From Utricularia gibba (lineage: Eukaryota; Plantae; Magnoliophyta), in the NCBI GenBank assembly GCA_002189035.1, contig NEEC01000193.1, forward strand, positions 1 through 22,148: DNA of 22,148 bases. Direction: 5' to 3'. How positions within the stretch are numbered: the first letter of the stretch is position 1; each line of letters starts with the position of its first letter. Shown here one piece after another: positions 21,201 to 22,148 of this stretch. The translations under genes were made by a program, and so were the position numbers. The notes beneath the pieces are model-generated. The model ran no database searches. It had not been told where the DNA came from and was given only the letters and a program-made list of their open reading frames with translations.

Positions 21201-22148
21201 TATGCAAGAGGTGTTTCGCGGACCAGGATGTGCGACGTAGTCATTTCATTGCGCATCACCATTCGGGATGCAGCCGAAAAATCACACGTGCACCGGATTT
21301 GTTAAAAATAAATATTTACGCATATCCTGAGTATACAACAGTGTTGGGATAAGTGATGCCACGAAATTCATGATGTAACATGTGACTTTTTTCCATCTTG
21401 ATCGCATATCCGATGAAGTTTGACACCATATGTTTTGGCTGTTGATTGATTCAATTAGTTGCTATGATACTTCTGATTCTTGATGCACCATTCCCATACA
21501 CCATGTCTCTAGTGGCTATTTGATTCTTTTGCCGTGTATCCCATTTGCATCAATGTCGAGAACGAGAAGCACATTCTTAGACGCAGCACCAAGAAAGGAC
21601 ACCTAAGACACTTTCGTTGTGGCTTGTTTTTAATATGTCCACAGTTATCGGACAAACGTAACTCCAAATTATAATACTTGGAGCTCGAAAAGGGCTTCCC
21701 AACAGTGTGCTATGAAGAGCAAGGATCTGCATGTTATGCAAGAGGTGCTTCGCGGACCAGGATGTGCGACGTAGTCATTTCATTGCGCATCATCATTCGG
21801 GGTGCATCCTAAAAATCACACGTGCACGGGATTCATTAAAAATAAATATTTACGCATATCCAGAGAGTGTATAACAGTGTTGGGATAAGTGATGCCACGA
21901 AATTCATGATGTAGCATGTGACTTTTTTCCAACTTGATCGCATAGTAGATGAATTCTGACACCATATGTTGATGCATTTAGTTGCTATGATACTTCTGAT
22001 TCTTGATGCACCATTCCCGTATACCATGTCTCTAGTGGCTATTTGATTCTTTTGCCTGTGTATGTTGTTCGCATCAATTTCGAGAACATGAAGCACATTA
22101 TTAAATGCAGTCACACGGAATGCCACGTGAGACACCTTTCGTTGTGGC

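Larger units (their letters stand above)
1..22148 (+). repeat. Tandem satellite DNA array, ~523/536-bp monomers, ~42 copies plus a partial copy; no unique flank in the window
   Basis: AGTTGCTATGATACTTCTGATTCTTGATG marks monomer starts at 1, 512, 1040, 1560, 2085, 2614, 3135, 3666, 4186, 4715, 5238, 5772, 6295, 6830, 7352, 7888, 8585 (degraded), 9588, 10123, 10785, 11490, 11970, 12519, 13053, 13575, 14099, 14577, 15113, 15636, 16171, 16694, 17229, 17752, 18288, 18810, 19346, 19868, 20402, 20923, 21457 and 21980. Two further starts are lost in scrambled sequence near 9070 and 11050. Confidence 0.98.
14577..22148 (+). repeat. Clean domain of the (A+B) dimeric higher-order repeat, period 1058-1059 bp
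   Basis: Strict B/A alternation. A starts at 15113, 16171, 17229, 18288, 19346, 20402 and 21457 give spacings of 1058, 1058, 1059, 1058, 1056 and 1055 bp. Confidence 0.95.

Noticed and set aside
733-22135. Recurrent 60-111 aa ORFs (MHNMQILALH..., MVYGNGASRI..., MELEKGFPTV...)
   Set aside because: They are frames through the satellite, recur with its period on both strands, are broken by frequent 1-bp indels and resemble no protein family I recognise.
1-22148. CRISPR array
   Set aside because: There are no unique spacers; the whole ~530-bp unit is repeated, and there are no cas genes.

Overview
The whole window is one head-to-tail tandem satellite array of about 42 monomers plus a partial one, all on the same strand, about 41% GC. 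I find no credible gene, CRISPR array or intact mobile element. Two monomer types alternate: A (523 bp) and B (535-536 bp). They form a 1058-1059 bp dimeric higher-order repeat and differ by 43 substitutions over about 512 aligned positions plus a 13-bp tail indel (counted by hand). All ORFs in the supplied track are frames through the repeat. The most interesting signal is a 120-bp segment in every monomer (positions 346-465) that is collinear with an angiosperm 5S rRNA gene recalled from memory. It has the right start hexamer, an exact TGCACCGGAT at the correct offset in B, decayed box A and box C, and a T6 run where a Pol III terminator belongs. The satellite may therefore be a decayed 5S rDNA unit. 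The array also has A/B chimeric monomers, one-directional A-type tracts inside B monomers, and scrambled or compressed segments (8.26-12.32 kb and 14.2 kb). These segments and the deletion-biased variation suggest an unpolished nanopore-type read or low-coverage consensus, so fine-scale variants need caution.
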